DNA of 64,000 nt from an uncultured delta proteobacterium (GTDB lineage: Bacteria; Desulfobacterota; Syntrophorhabdia; Syntrophorhabdales; WCHB1-27), in the NCBI GenBank assembly GCA_963810935.1, contig CAWEPK010000010.1, positions 128,001 through 192,000 on the forward strand. Direction: 5' to 3'. The position numbers and the translations under genes were made by a program. Shown here piece by piece: positions 10,091-19,222 of this stretch (position 1 is the first letter of the stretch; each line of letters starts with the position of its first letter). The notes under the pieces were generated by a model. It saw only the letters and a list, made by a program, of their open reading frames with translations, was not told the origin of the DNA and searched no databases.

Positions 10091-10129
10091 TTGACATGGT
10101 GTTAGATGTCGTATAACATACTCTAACAC
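10091..10129 (+). promoter_or_regulatory. sigma70 promoter overlapped by palindromic operator-like repeat
   Basis: TTGACA(10091)-N17-TAACAT; inverted repeat GTGTTAGA(10099-10106)/TCTAACAC(10122-10129). Confidence 0.55.
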
Positions 10130-10222
10130 TCTATAAAGCCAAACCGCCGGTGACGGTGGGACGGAAAGCCAACGGGTCTCGGACATACACCTCGCAAATC
10201 ATTCAGACAGCCGGGCTGCCAT
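10128..10222 (+). ncRNA. cyclic di-GMP-I (GEMM-I) riboswitch
   Basis: GCCAAACC-GCC-GGTGAC-GGTGG-GACGGAAAGCC..GGGTCT...AGACAGCCGGGCTGCC matches the GEMM-I consensus; 5' of a surface-protein gene. Confidence 0.9.
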
Positions 10223-10362
10223 GAGCGTCACTCTCAAAAACGAAAGAACGGGGTGAAAAGCATCACTGGCAAACAATGTCATGCAATAACGTGGTTCTTT
10301 ACGGGTTGGCAGGAACACAGCTCATGAACAAGAGATGCCAAGAATAACGAGGGGTGAAGAAA

Positions 10363-11076
10363 ATGAGAAAAATACTATTTCTTGCGGTGTGCGTGTTATT
10401 GTTGATGTCCGGAGTGGCACAGGCGGACTATACAGCGACTTTGGCAGTTGGCGGCAACTACAACTCGGGCATTGCTTTGGATTTAAACGGGGTTCCATGG
10501 CCGGCAGAGTCGACCGGGGGTTCTATATCGCCTTCATATTTGAATGGGACCTTGCTCTCCTATACTTACTGCGTAGGTCTCACAACAAACATTAATGTCC
10601 CTGGCACTTATACCACGAATGTAAATACAACAGGGCAGGTTTACGGTAACGGCCTTGGCGCAGCGACGACCCTGAACGCAGTCCCCAATGCCGGGCAGAT
10701 AGCATGGTTGCTGAGCCAATATGGCGCCGGAGCCACCACATGGAATCAACAGGTAGCCCTCCAGGTGGCCATATGGAACGTAATAACAGGCGGTCCAAGT
10801 GGTACGCCCACGGGTGCGTACGGCCTCTCTGGAATCATCAGTCTTGACCCTAGTTCCAGTGCATATACTACCTATACCGGTTATCTCAGTGCCCTGGGCA
10901 GCAACACCGGGGACGTCTCCAGCTTCTACTGGCTGAGCCCGGGGGACGGTACCGGCGCCAATTGGTCTCAGGGGCTGGTTGCTCAGGCCGCTCCTGTCCC
11001 CGTCCCTCCGTCTGTGTTTCTTCTGGCCCCCGGTCTCCTGGGTCTTGTCGGCATGAGGAGACGCTTCAAGCTGTAG
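10363..11076 (+). CDS. PEP-CTERM (VPxP-CTERM) sorted surface protein, putative Cys-Gln thioester domain
   Basis: Sec signal ending AQA; Gly/Thr/Ser-rich; C-terminal VPVPPSVFLLAPGLLGLVGMRRR; YTYCV, LQVAIW and SQGLV motifs. Confidence 0.85.
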   Translation: MRKILFLAVCVLLLMSGVAQADYTATLAVGGNYNSGIALDLNGVPWPAESTGGSISPSYLNGTLLSYTYCVGLTTNINVPGTYTTNVNTTGQVYGNGLGAATTLNAVPNAGQIAWLLSQYGAGATTWNQQVALQVAIWNVITGGPSGTPTGAYGLSGIISLDPSSSAYTTYTGYLSALGSNTGDVSSFYWLSPGDGTGANWSQGLVAQAAPVPVPPSVFLLAPGLLGLVGMRRRFKL

Positions 11077-11087
11077 GCTGAAATAGC

Positions 11088-11118
11088 GGCAGGGTCAGCA
11101 AACGACCCTGCCTTTTTC
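11088..11118 (+). terminator. intrinsic terminator
   Basis: GGCAGGGTC-agcaaac-GACCCTGCC followed by TTTTT. Confidence 0.8.
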
Positions 11119-11365
11119 GTCTCTCCTGCCTTCAGCATTATCATTTCAACTATGGCATTAAAAAGTGAAAACTGGAAACGACGATTCCGGAAAGGACTTG
11201 CGGTGGAGGATGCTGTAGCCTCGTAATATCTTCGCCCGTAGCAGCGTCCTCCATAATAATCCCAGGGGACATATGTCCGAAGGTGGTTCCTGTCATAGCC
11301 GTGGTTTTCTTGCTCCACGATCTTTTTTGATTGACAATCAGGCCGCCCGGTAGATATACAATTGC

Positions 11366-11743
11366 GTGAAAGAATTGCCTGCGGGCACGATTTGGAGCGG
11401 TTTTCGACGGGCGTCGGCAGGGACAGTTGTATTCGCCGCCGTCCTCATCGGCGCGCACCTTGCGCCGGCAGGGCCGCCGGCCGGAAAATCCGCATGGTTG
11501 GCGGACAAACACATAGCCCATGGCGTCAGTTGCGCGGGCTGTCACGGAACAGCCGAACCCGGTGATGTGGCCCTCGAGACCTGCCTGTCGTGCCACGGCT
11601 CGTACCGTGAGCTGGCGCGGAAGACGGCAGGCCGACCGCTGAACCCGCACGACTCCCATTATACCGACCTGGAATGCACCACCTGCCACCACGGCCACAG
11701 GAAGGTGGACGATCTCTGCGCCGGTTGTCACGGTGGGCATTAA
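11366..11743 (+). CDS. small tetrahaem c-type cytochrome (flavocytochrome c haem subunit)
   Basis: Four CxxCH (CAGCH, CLSCH, CTTCH, CAGCH), NPHDSH, hydrophobic signal. Confidence 0.88.
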   Translation: MKELPAGTIWSGFRRASAGTVVFAAVLIGAHLAPAGPPAGKSAWLADKHIAHGVSCAGCHGTAEPGDVALETCLSCHGSYRELARKTAGRPLNPHDSHYTDLECTTCHHGHRKVDDLCAGCHGGH

Positions 11744-11791
11744 CCCTATGGCCCGGATGTTCCATTTTCGTTACGGAAAGGAGATAGACCG

Positions 11792-13267
11792 ATGGCAAAG
11801 AAGATAAGCCGCAGGGGTTTCATTAAGTACGGCGTTGCGCTGGGAGCGGCGTTCGGCGTCCCGCGCCTCCCTATCGCAAGCGCGGCCGAATTTATCGGAG
11901 GCCCGCCGCCCGCACGGATCTTCGACGTAGTTATCGCGGGGACGGGCGTGGCGGGCATGTCGGCAGCCGTCTCAGCAGCACAGGACGGCATGAAGGTCGC
12001 TTTGCTGGACAAGCAGCAGCGGGGGCTTGCCGGCGGCAGCTCCGCCGTGGCCCTGGGCGGGTTCTCCTTGCCGGAAGCCGATACGGAGGAGGCCAGGCAG
12101 CTTTTCATCAACGACTATGTCAAAAAGAGCGGAGGGCGGGCCGACCGGGCTCTGACTCAGCTCCTCGCAGAGAACATAATGCGCGACATCGACTGGCTCA
12201 CCGGCATGGGAGTCAACTTGATGGCGCCCGAACCCTTCCCTCCCTACCGGGCAGCCGTGCGGATGGCGGCCCCTGGAAGCTTCCGAGGCATGCCCAACCT
12301 GCTTGCCGCTATGCACGCAGCGGCCGGGAAAGCCGGGGTAACTGAAGCCTATCGGGCTAAGGCAAGGACGCTCCTTGTCGATTCCGGGACGGGCAAGGTG
12401 GTCGGCTTGCGCGTTTCCACGCCTTCGGGCCTGGTGGATTACCGGGCCAAAGCGGTTGTATTGGCGACAGGGGGCTATTGCGGCAATTCGAAGATGCTCG
12501 AACAATGGGTCGGCCCCAACGCCGACGAGAGTGTCGTCCGGGGGGCAAAGTGGAATACCGGCGACGGCATCGTTATGGCCGGAGAAGTCGGTGCGGGCCT
12601 CGTCCAGATGGGCGGGCTCGACTCCATCCACGTGGCCGGCGTCTCGCCGAAGAACCCCGCATCCGGCCAGCCGAGCGCGGTCCTGTCTCACGCAATCGGC
12701 ATCAATAAGCTGGGCCGGCGGTTTATCGACGAATCACTCGGTTACGTAGCATTCGGCAAGGCGATCATCGATCAGCCCGGCGGTGAGGCAGCGCTCGTCT
12801 TCGACCAGGCTATGGCGGAGGCGCCTCCGGGCAAATCCGTGATTGACCAGTACACGCATTTCAAACTCGACATTATCAAGACAAATACCCTGGAGGAACT
12901 GGCAGGCCGCATCGGCTGTCCACCGCGCGCCCTTGTCGAGACCGTCTCGAAATTTAACGCTGCGGTCCAGGGGAATAAGGCGCCCACGGCTGCCCCGCCC
13001 AAGAACGCGTTGGCCTTCAAGGTCGAGCGGCCGCCGTTCTACGCTCTTTACCCGCTCAAACCGGGTCTCACTCAGACTTTCGGCGGCCTGCGGATCAACA
13101 CGCGCTGTCAGGTGCTGGAGACGGACGGCACGCCTATCCGGGGGCTGTATGCGGCCGGAGAAGTGGCGGGCGGCTTTTTCTCGATCGACTATATCGGCGG
13201 CGGCTCCCTGTGCCGCTGCCTGGTTACCGGGCGGGCCGCAGGCAGGAACGCAGCGAAGGAGTCCTGA
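11792..13267 (+). CDS. Tat-exported FAD-dependent oxidoreductase (flavocytochrome c flavin subunit, TcuA-like)
   Basis: SRRGFIK Tat motif; AGTGVAG, LATGG, NTGDG, GLYAAGE. Confidence 0.88.
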   Translation: MAKKISRRGFIKYGVALGAAFGVPRLPIASAAEFIGGPPPARIFDVVIAGTGVAGMSAAVSAAQDGMKVALLDKQQRGLAGGSSAVALGGFSLPEADTEEARQLFINDYVKKSGGRADRALTQLLAENIMRDIDWLTGMGVNLMAPEPFPPYRAAVRMAAPGSFRGMPNLLAAMHAAAGKAGVTEAYRAKARTLLVDSGTGKVVGLRVSTPSGLVDYRAKAVVLATGGYCGNSKMLEQWVGPNADESVVRGAKWNTGDGIVMAGEVGAGLVQMGGLDSIHVAGVSPKNPASGQPSAVLSHAIGINKLGRRFIDESLGYVAFGKAIIDQPGGEAALVFDQAMAEAPPGKSVIDQYTHFKLDIIKTNTLEELAGRIGCPPRALVETVSKFNAAVQGNKAPTAAPPKNALAFKVERPPFYALYPLKPGLTQTFGGLRINTRCQVLETDGTPIRGLYAAGEVAGGFFSIDYIGGGSLCRCLVTGRAAGRNAAKES

Positions 13268-13322
13268 GAAATAAAGGCGGCGGACGGCTTGCTCGATGCC
13301 GGGGCTTAAAGGGGAGCCAAGG

Positions 13323-14249
13323 GTGGAAACGCAAAGCAGCCGGAGACGTATCGGGAATTGGTATGCCGTTGGCGCCTACACCATATGGGGCCTGTTTCCC
13401 ATTTATTGGAAACTGCTTCGCCACGTGCCCACACAGCAGCTCCTCTGCCATCGCATCCTCTGGTCCTGCACCCTGCTTGTCGCCGTAGTCCTGGCGTCAA
13501 ACCAGTGGACCGCTTTCCGCAAAACAGCCTTCACTCGGAAAGCTCTCATCGCTTACACCGCCGCAGCCGCGACGATAACCGTCAACTGGTTCACTTACGT
13601 CTGGGCGGTAAACTCGGGCTTCATAGTCGAGGCAAGCCTGGGGTATTTCATTAACCCTCTTTTCAGCGTTTTCATAGGTGTCGTTTTCCTGCGCGAGCGC
13701 CTGCGCAGGTGGCAATGGATCGCCGTCGGGCTTGCGGGGATAGGCATCCTTTGCCTTACTTACATGCATGGGACACCCCCCTGGGTAGCCCTTATCCTCG
13801 CCTTGACCTGGGCCGTTTACGGCCTCATTAAGAAGATCGCCCCCTTGGGCTCGCTCCACGGGCTTACCCTGGAGACGGGCCTGTTGGTGCCTGTCATGCT
13901 CGGATACCTGATTTACGTGGAGACGGCCGGAACCGGCGCGTTCTTCCGGGGAGGTACGGCCACCGAGGTCCTTCTCATGTGCGCGGGGGTAGTCACGGTT
14001 GTCCCGCTCTTTCTTTTCGCGCTTGCCATGCGGCGCATACCGCTTGTCGTGGCCGGTTTCCTGCAATATTTATCGCCGACCCTCCAGCTTTTCTGCGGGG
14101 TGGTGCTTTTCGGGGAGACCTTCACCCGCGCCCGGCTCGTGGGGTTCAGCATGGTCTGGATCGCCCTGATAATCTTCGTGACCGATAGTTTCCTCGCGTA
14201 CCGGCGCGCCCAGGCCGCCTCACCGCAAGTGCGGGTCAGCCCGACATAG
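13323..14249 (+). CDS. rarD: EamA family transporter RarD
   Basis: AYTIWGLFPIYWK, EASLGYFINPL, FLQYLSPTLQ. Confidence 0.92.
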   Translation: METQSSRRRIGNWYAVGAYTIWGLFPIYWKLLRHVPTQQLLCHRILWSCTLLVAVVLASNQWTAFRKTAFTRKALIAYTAAAATITVNWFTYVWAVNSGFIVEASLGYFINPLFSVFIGVVFLRERLRRWQWIAVGLAGIGILCLTYMHGTPPWVALILALTWAVYGLIKKIAPLGSLHGLTLETGLLVPVMLGYLIYVETAGTGAFFRGGTATEVLLMCAGVVTVVPLFLFALAMRRIPLVVAGFLQYLSPTLQLFCGVVLFGETFTRARLVGFSMVWIALIIFVTDSFLAYRRAQAASPQVRVSPT

Positions 14250-14381
14250 GCGGGCCGGCCGGTGTTGGACTAGGGGCGGCGCCTTTCGCGCGGCTTCTCC
14301 TTGCGCTTTTCGCTTCACCTTCGTCCCGTTCCGTGCGATAGTTAAGGAAAGAGTATGGCGAAATTCAATCAAGGAGGTCCC

Positions 14382-15329
14382 ATGACAAGGAATGGGCTTA
14401 GCTGCTTCTTCGCCGTGTGCCTTATCCTGGGCATCGCGGGCATTGCAGCCTCGCAGACCGTTAATGGAGTCGATCACTGGGTAAACAACGGCAAGATCAC
14501 CCTGTACGTCTGGGAAAAGTACGTGGGCAGCCCGGCGGGCAAGCCGGTGATGGTCCTGGCCCACGGCTCGGCAACCGCCGGGAGGGAGAGCTTCGACCTC
14601 CAGGTGCCGGGGAAACCGACGTACAGCCTTATGGACGTGCTAGCCCGGAACGGTTTCGACGTCTTTTGCCTCGACGTCAGGGGGTTCGGCGCCTCAACGC
14701 GGCCTGAAGGCCACATGACGACAATGGAGGCTAGCCAGGACCTGAGCGCAGTCATCGATTATATCCTCAAGGCACGCGACGTCAAAAAGGTGAACCTCCT
14801 TGCATGGTCATGGGGGACGCAATACGGCGGTATGTATGTCATGGCCCAGCCGGCCAAGGTGGCCCGGTACGTCTCATACGCGCAGATGCACCTCGACAGC
14901 CCCGATATCTCCAAAAGGCGGCCGCGCATCGACGTCTTCCGGAAGAACGCGTACATATCGATCCCGGAAGAGGGGTGGAAGACGCGCTTCTACTCCATGA
15001 CTCCGGCCGAAGTCAACGATACCGCTGTAATCGACGAATACGCGAGAAACGCCGTGCGGGTCGAGCCGAAATCTCCCACGGGACCGCAGCTCGATATGGT
15101 GACGATCATGCCGATGATCAACCCCAGGCTCATGCCCGTACCCGTGATGATCATCCACGGCCAGTATGACGACGTCGCGGACCTGCCGGGCTTACTGCCT
15201 TTCTTCGCCGGGCTTCCGAACCCGGACAAGGAATACGTAGTGGTGCCGGATGCAGGCCACATGATGCACCTCCAGAAAGGTCATCGCGTTTTTCAGCACC
15301 ACGTGATCGCCTTTTTTTCTGCGCCGTGA
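14382..15329 (+). CDS. secreted alpha/beta hydrolase
   Basis: Signal peptide; HGS, DVRGFGAS, AWSWG elbow, DDVAD, AGH. Confidence 0.85.
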   Translation: MTRNGLSCFFAVCLILGIAGIAASQTVNGVDHWVNNGKITLYVWEKYVGSPAGKPVMVLAHGSATAGRESFDLQVPGKPTYSLMDVLARNGFDVFCLDVRGFGASTRPEGHMTTMEASQDLSAVIDYILKARDVKKVNLLAWSWGTQYGGMYVMAQPAKVARYVSYAQMHLDSPDISKRRPRIDVFRKNAYISIPEEGWKTRFYSMTPAEVNDTAVIDEYARNAVRVEPKSPTGPQLDMVTIMPMINPRLMPVPVMIIHGQYDDVADLPGLLPFFAGLPNPDKEYVVVPDAGHMMHLQKGHRVFQHHVIAFFSAP

Positions 15330-15370
15330 CGGAGAATAGCTGAAAGGCCCGGGTATCCGGCTACCTGCCG

Positions 15371-16177
15371 TTACGGGTAGGGTTGGCCCGTAGGGCGGAC
15401 CACGATCTCGCCGACATTGACGTGGGCAGGCAGCGTGAGGAGCCAATGGATCGAGTCGGCAATATCCTGCGGTGTTAGCAGCTTGCCGAACTGCGTGACC
15501 GATTTATAGAAGTTCTCCTCGTCATAGCCGGCCACCTCCTGAAACCCGGTGACGACAATGCCCGGCATAATCAGGGAAACACGCACCCCATGGGCGCAGA
15601 CTTCGCGGCGCAGCCCTTCGGCCAGGGCGCCGACGGCGAACTTGCTTGCCCCGTAGACTGCGGCAAAGGGCGAAATGTTCTTTCCTGCCACCGAGCCGAT
15701 GACAACGATGTCGCCCTTTTTATGCTCGACCATTTGCTTCGCGGCGCGCCGCATCAGGCGGGCGGCCCCGAGCACGTTGGTCTTGTAAAGGCCCTCCCAC
15801 GCGGACTCGTCGCTGCCCGTTATACCGCCTGCCAGCCCCCGGCCCGCATTGACTATGACGATATCGTAGGCGCGGCCGCCTTCCTCCCAGGCCAGGGTCC
15901 GCTCCAACAGGAGATCGGTATCCTTCTCTATGCCTGCGTCTCCGGCGACGGCGAGCACTTTGCCTCCCTCGGCGGCAATTTCCACTGCTACCATATCGAG
16001 ACGCTCTTTGTTTCGCGCCTGGATGACCACAGCAGCGCCCGCCCTTGCCAGCGTTATCGCCGCAGCACGTCCTATCCCGGAGCTTGCGCCGGTTACGATT
16101 GCCGTCCTGCTTGTCAGAAGTTCTCTCTTTTCCACCGAACCCTCCACGGTTTTTGAGCATCCATCCGGGCGAGCCAT
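15371..16177 (-). CDS. SDR family oxidoreductase
   Basis: TGASSGIG, VNAG, YGASK. Confidence 0.92.
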   Translation of the reverse strand: MARPDGCSKTVEGSVEKRELLTSRTAIVTGASSGIGRAAAITLARAGAAVVIQARNKERLDMVAVEIAAEGGKVLAVAGDAGIEKDTDLLLERTLAWEEGGRAYDIVIVNAGRGLAGGITGSDESAWEGLYKTNVLGAARLMRRAAKQMVEHKKGDIVVIGSVAGKNISPFAAVYGASKFAVGALAEGLRREVCAHGVRVSLIMPGIVVTGFQEVAGYDEENFYKSVTQFGKLLTPQDIADSIHWLLTLPAHVNVGEIVVRPTGQPYP

Positions 16178-16257
16178 GCCGCGCGTCTGTATGTGCCCGC
16201 CATTGATTAATTAACATCGCCCGAGGTTTATGGCAAGAGATAGCCGCGTTCTTTTGG

Positions 16258-17694
16258 CTACCGAGCGGTAGAGAGCGGCTCGGCTACGTGTTCGAGGGGG
16301 GCGCGCTCCGCCGCCACCCCGTACACGGCCTCTATGACAGCAGCGGCGATCATCAGGACCGACGCCGCGATATACCCGTAGGTGACGTTGAGGCGCGACC
16401 CGGTTTCTATCAGATGGCCGAATAAGGCCGGGGCCGCCACCCCGCCTGCCGCCGTGCCGACCGAATAAAAAAGGGCGATCGCGAGCGCCCTGATCTCCAG
16501 GGGGAAGATCTCACTCACCGTCAGGTAGGCTGAGCTGGCCGCACAGGAAGCGAAGAAGAAAATAAGCGTCCAGAGAACGGTCTGGCCGACAGCGGAAACC
16601 ATCTCGTTCAGGAAAAGCCGACTCGCGATTAACAGCAGGACTGCTGAAAGGCCGTAGGTGGCCGAAATTAGCTGCCGCCTGCCTATTGTATCGAAAAGGT
16701 GACCCAGCAGAAGGGGCCCCAGGAAATTGCTGATCGCGAAAGGCAGAAGGTAAAGGCCCGTGTGCGATTCGGGCGCGTGGTAAAACGTGATGAGGACGAG
16801 CGGGTAGGTATAAAAGATGGCGTTGTACAGGAAGGCTTGCGAAACCATCAGGGCAAAACCGAGGACCGAGCGCCGCCGGTACTGCACGAACATGGCCTTT
16901 GCAACGGTCTTCAGGTCCACTTTCCTGCCTCGATGGATCATGATCTCCGGTCCCGGCGGATCGAGCGGCTTGCCCGTCTCCCTCTCGATCTCCTTCTCGA
17001 TGGACCCGACAACTCCTTCCGCTTCTTTCTCCCTGCCGTGCGTCATCAGCCAGCGCGGACTCTCCGGGATGCTCGTACGATAAAAGAGAATGATAAGCCC
17101 GAGGACAGCGCCGATCCCGAAGCCGAGCCGCCAGCCGATGTCGATAGGAAAAATGCGCGTATCGAGAAGCAGGAGGGACCCGGACGCACCCACGGCCGCC
17201 CCCAGCCAGAAGCTGCCATTGACGATCAGATCGACCCGCCCCCGCACCCTGGCCGGAATCAGCTCGTCAACGGCGGAGTTGACGGCCGAATATTCGCCCC
17301 CGATACCCGCTCCGGTGATGAAGCGGAAAATGATGAAGCTCCACAAGTCCCAGGAGAAGGCGGTCAGGAGCGTACCACTCAGATAGACCGCCAGAGTAAC
17401 GAAGAAGAGCTTTTTGCGGCCCATGAGGTCCGTCATATGCCCGAAAAAAAGCGCCCCTGCAACTGCGCCGATCAGATAGAACGAGCCTATCCGGCCAAGC
17501 TCTCCGGCGGTGAAATTGAGAGTCGCCTTGTCGTGGAGCACTCCGCTTATTGAGCCTATAAGGGTAACTTCAAGTCCGTCGATAAGCCAGGTGATGCCGA
17601 GGGCGATTACGACCTTCCAGTGGAATGGACTCCAGGGCAGCCTGTCGAGCCGCGCGGGCACGCAGGTACGGAAGGGCACGGCCGGGGCAGGCAT
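16258..17694 (-). CDS. MFS transporter
   Basis: RLDRLPW, GHMTDLMGRK, GAGIGGEY, PESPRWL, EIFP. Confidence 0.92.
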   Translation of the reverse strand: MPAPAVPFRTCVPARLDRLPWSPFHWKVVIALGITWLIDGLEVTLIGSISGVLHDKATLNFTAGELGRIGSFYLIGAVAGALFFGHMTDLMGRKKLFFVTLAVYLSGTLLTAFSWDLWSFIIFRFITGAGIGGEYSAVNSAVDELIPARVRGRVDLIVNGSFWLGAAVGASGSLLLLDTRIFPIDIGWRLGFGIGAVLGLIILFYRTSIPESPRWLMTHGREKEAEGVVGSIEKEIERETGKPLDPPGPEIMIHRGRKVDLKTVAKAMFVQYRRRSVLGFALMVSQAFLYNAIFYTYPLVLITFYHAPESHTGLYLLPFAISNFLGPLLLGHLFDTIGRRQLISATYGLSAVLLLIASRLFLNEMVSAVGQTVLWTLIFFFASCAASSAYLTVSEIFPLEIRALAIALFYSVGTAAGGVAAPALFGHLIETGSRLNVTYGYIAASVLMIAAAVIEAVYGVAAERAPLEHVAEPLSTAR

Positions 17695-17726
17695 AAGAAC
17701 TTATAAGCACTCTACTGCCTGAAATG

Positions 17727-17756
17727 AATGACCCCGCTGCAAGCAGCGGGGTCATT
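17727..17756. terminator. perfect hairpin between lipoprotein gene and MFS gene
   Basis: AATGACCCCGCTGC-AA-GCAGCGGGGTCATT. Confidence 0.55.
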
Positions 17757-17776
17757 GTGCTATCCCAATAACTCCG

Positions 17777-18367
17777 TCACGGATTACCCGATCCGCCTAC
17801 AGTAGCGGTCGGGGTGCCGTACCTTTGGGCAAACCAGCCGGTCCCCGACCGCTGGAATTGTTCCAGGTCGCTTTCGTAGGTCCTAATCTGTCCGTCCAGG
17901 ATATTCTGGAGCGCGACCAGGTCGATACGGTTATCGCGCACCATTATCCGTACGTCCCTCAAGTCTTCCTTGCCGTATTCCTTCCCGTAGGCTTCCATGT
18001 AGTCGTTCAGTGCGTTGAGGCCCTCCTTCCGCTTGCCTTCTCTCAGAAGGATAAGGCTTCTGTATCCCAGGATGCGGATGTGGGCATCGTTATACTTGTC
18101 TCTTTTTGTCGCCTGATTCATAAACCCGGATGCGCTTTCTAGATCGTTCATCTTGTAGCTGGCCGTTGCCGCGAAGGCATAGGGGGCCGCAGCAGCAGGC
18201 TCCGCCTTTGCAGCCTTGAGAAACTCGTCGCGTGCCTTACCGTACTCGCCGCTACCCATAAGCCGCTTTCCGTCCCACATATCCGACCCGTAGGTAGAGA
18301 ACATGATCGAGCAACCGAGGAGTGCGCCCGCAACCGCGATGAAACCCAGCAAGGAGACCGTCTTCAT
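17777..18367 (-). CDS. TPR-like lipoprotein
   Basis: Lipobox LLGC; helical repeats; paralog of next gene. Confidence 0.75.
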   Translation of the reverse strand: MKTVSLLGFIAVAGALLGCSIMFSTYGSDMWDGKRLMGSGEYGKARDEFLKAAKAEPAAAAPYAFAATASYKMNDLESASGFMNQATKRDKYNDAHIRILGYRSLILLREGKRKEGLNALNDYMEAYGKEYGKEDLRDVRIMVRDNRIDLVALQNILDGQIRTYESDLEQFQRSGTGWFAQRYGTPTATVGGSGNP

Positions 18368-18469
18368 CCGAATCCTCCCTTTTGATTTCTATACCAGTAT
18401 ATCGACATCACGGCTGTATATCAACGATACACGCCGGCCGGCACTCCTTGTATTACGGGTCACAGGCCA

Positions 18470-19057
18470 TTAGCTCTCGGTTCCGAATACCGCCGGCGGC
18501 CCGTACTTTTCCGCGAAATACCCCGTCCCCTCGGACTCGTACTGGGCCACATCGCTCTCGTACTGCCCGACGTGGCCTTCCAGTAGCCGCTCCAGGCGGG
18601 GCAGCTCCGGCGGGCCCATGCTCGCCATCCGCTGCGCCCTGGCGTAACCCGGCATCGGGTAGTAGTTCTTGTATTTCCGGTAGTAATCGCTGAGCGCCTG
18701 CATGCCCTCCTGCTGCCTGCCCTGCCGCAGAAGGACGAGCGTCCGGTACGCGAGCAGCCGCATATACGACGTCGAGTTGCCGCCAACTTTCAGCCCTTCG
18801 TTCACGTACCGCTCGGCGTTCTGTAGATCGTTGGCCCTATATGCCGCCGTTGCCGCCATAGCATAGTTCTTCGCACTCGGGTCCGCTTGCGCGGCCATTG
18901 CATAAGCCTGCTCCGCTTTTCCATAATCGCCCTGTTCCATAGCAGTACGGGCATCCGCAAGGTCGTTTTTCACCCCGACGCTCGACGAAGTGGAGCACCC
19001 AAGGAAAACGGCCGAAACTACCGCAAGCATTATTAGCGCACCTACCGCTTTTCCCAT
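18470..19057 (-). CDS. TPR-like lipoprotein (tandem paralog)
   Basis: Lipobox FLGC; shares AATA.Y..NDL, L.YR.L.LLR.G and YESD..Q....GTG.FA..YG with the previous gene. Confidence 0.75.
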   Translation of the reverse strand: MGKAVGALIMLAVVSAVFLGCSTSSSVGVKNDLADARTAMEQGDYGKAEQAYAMAAQADPSAKNYAMAATAAYRANDLQNAERYVNEGLKVGGNSTSYMRLLAYRTLVLLRQGRQQEGMQALSDYYRKYKNYYPMPGYARAQRMASMGPPELPRLERLLEGHVGQYESDVAQYESEGTGYFAEKYGPPAVFGTES

Positions 19058-19222
19058 CTTTTGTTCCCTCCTTCTACCGACCGTGGTGTTATTGCGGGAC
19101 CAAATATGCGTACGGTTTTAGTTTCTTAAGTAACGTTAGGCTTTTCCGGCGGGGTGTCAACGGAAGGCAATGCGGCGAAGCACGTCAGGCACGGGAAAAT
19201 GGACTGCGGTATGCGAATCCCC

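Noticed and set aside
10128..10222. 3'3'-cGAMP (GEMM-Ib) riboswitch
   Set aside because: Position-20 equivalent (10138) is G, not the A typical of cGAMP-selective variants.
11792..13267. Fumarate reductase assignment
   Set aside because: Catalytic His/Arg motifs are replaced.
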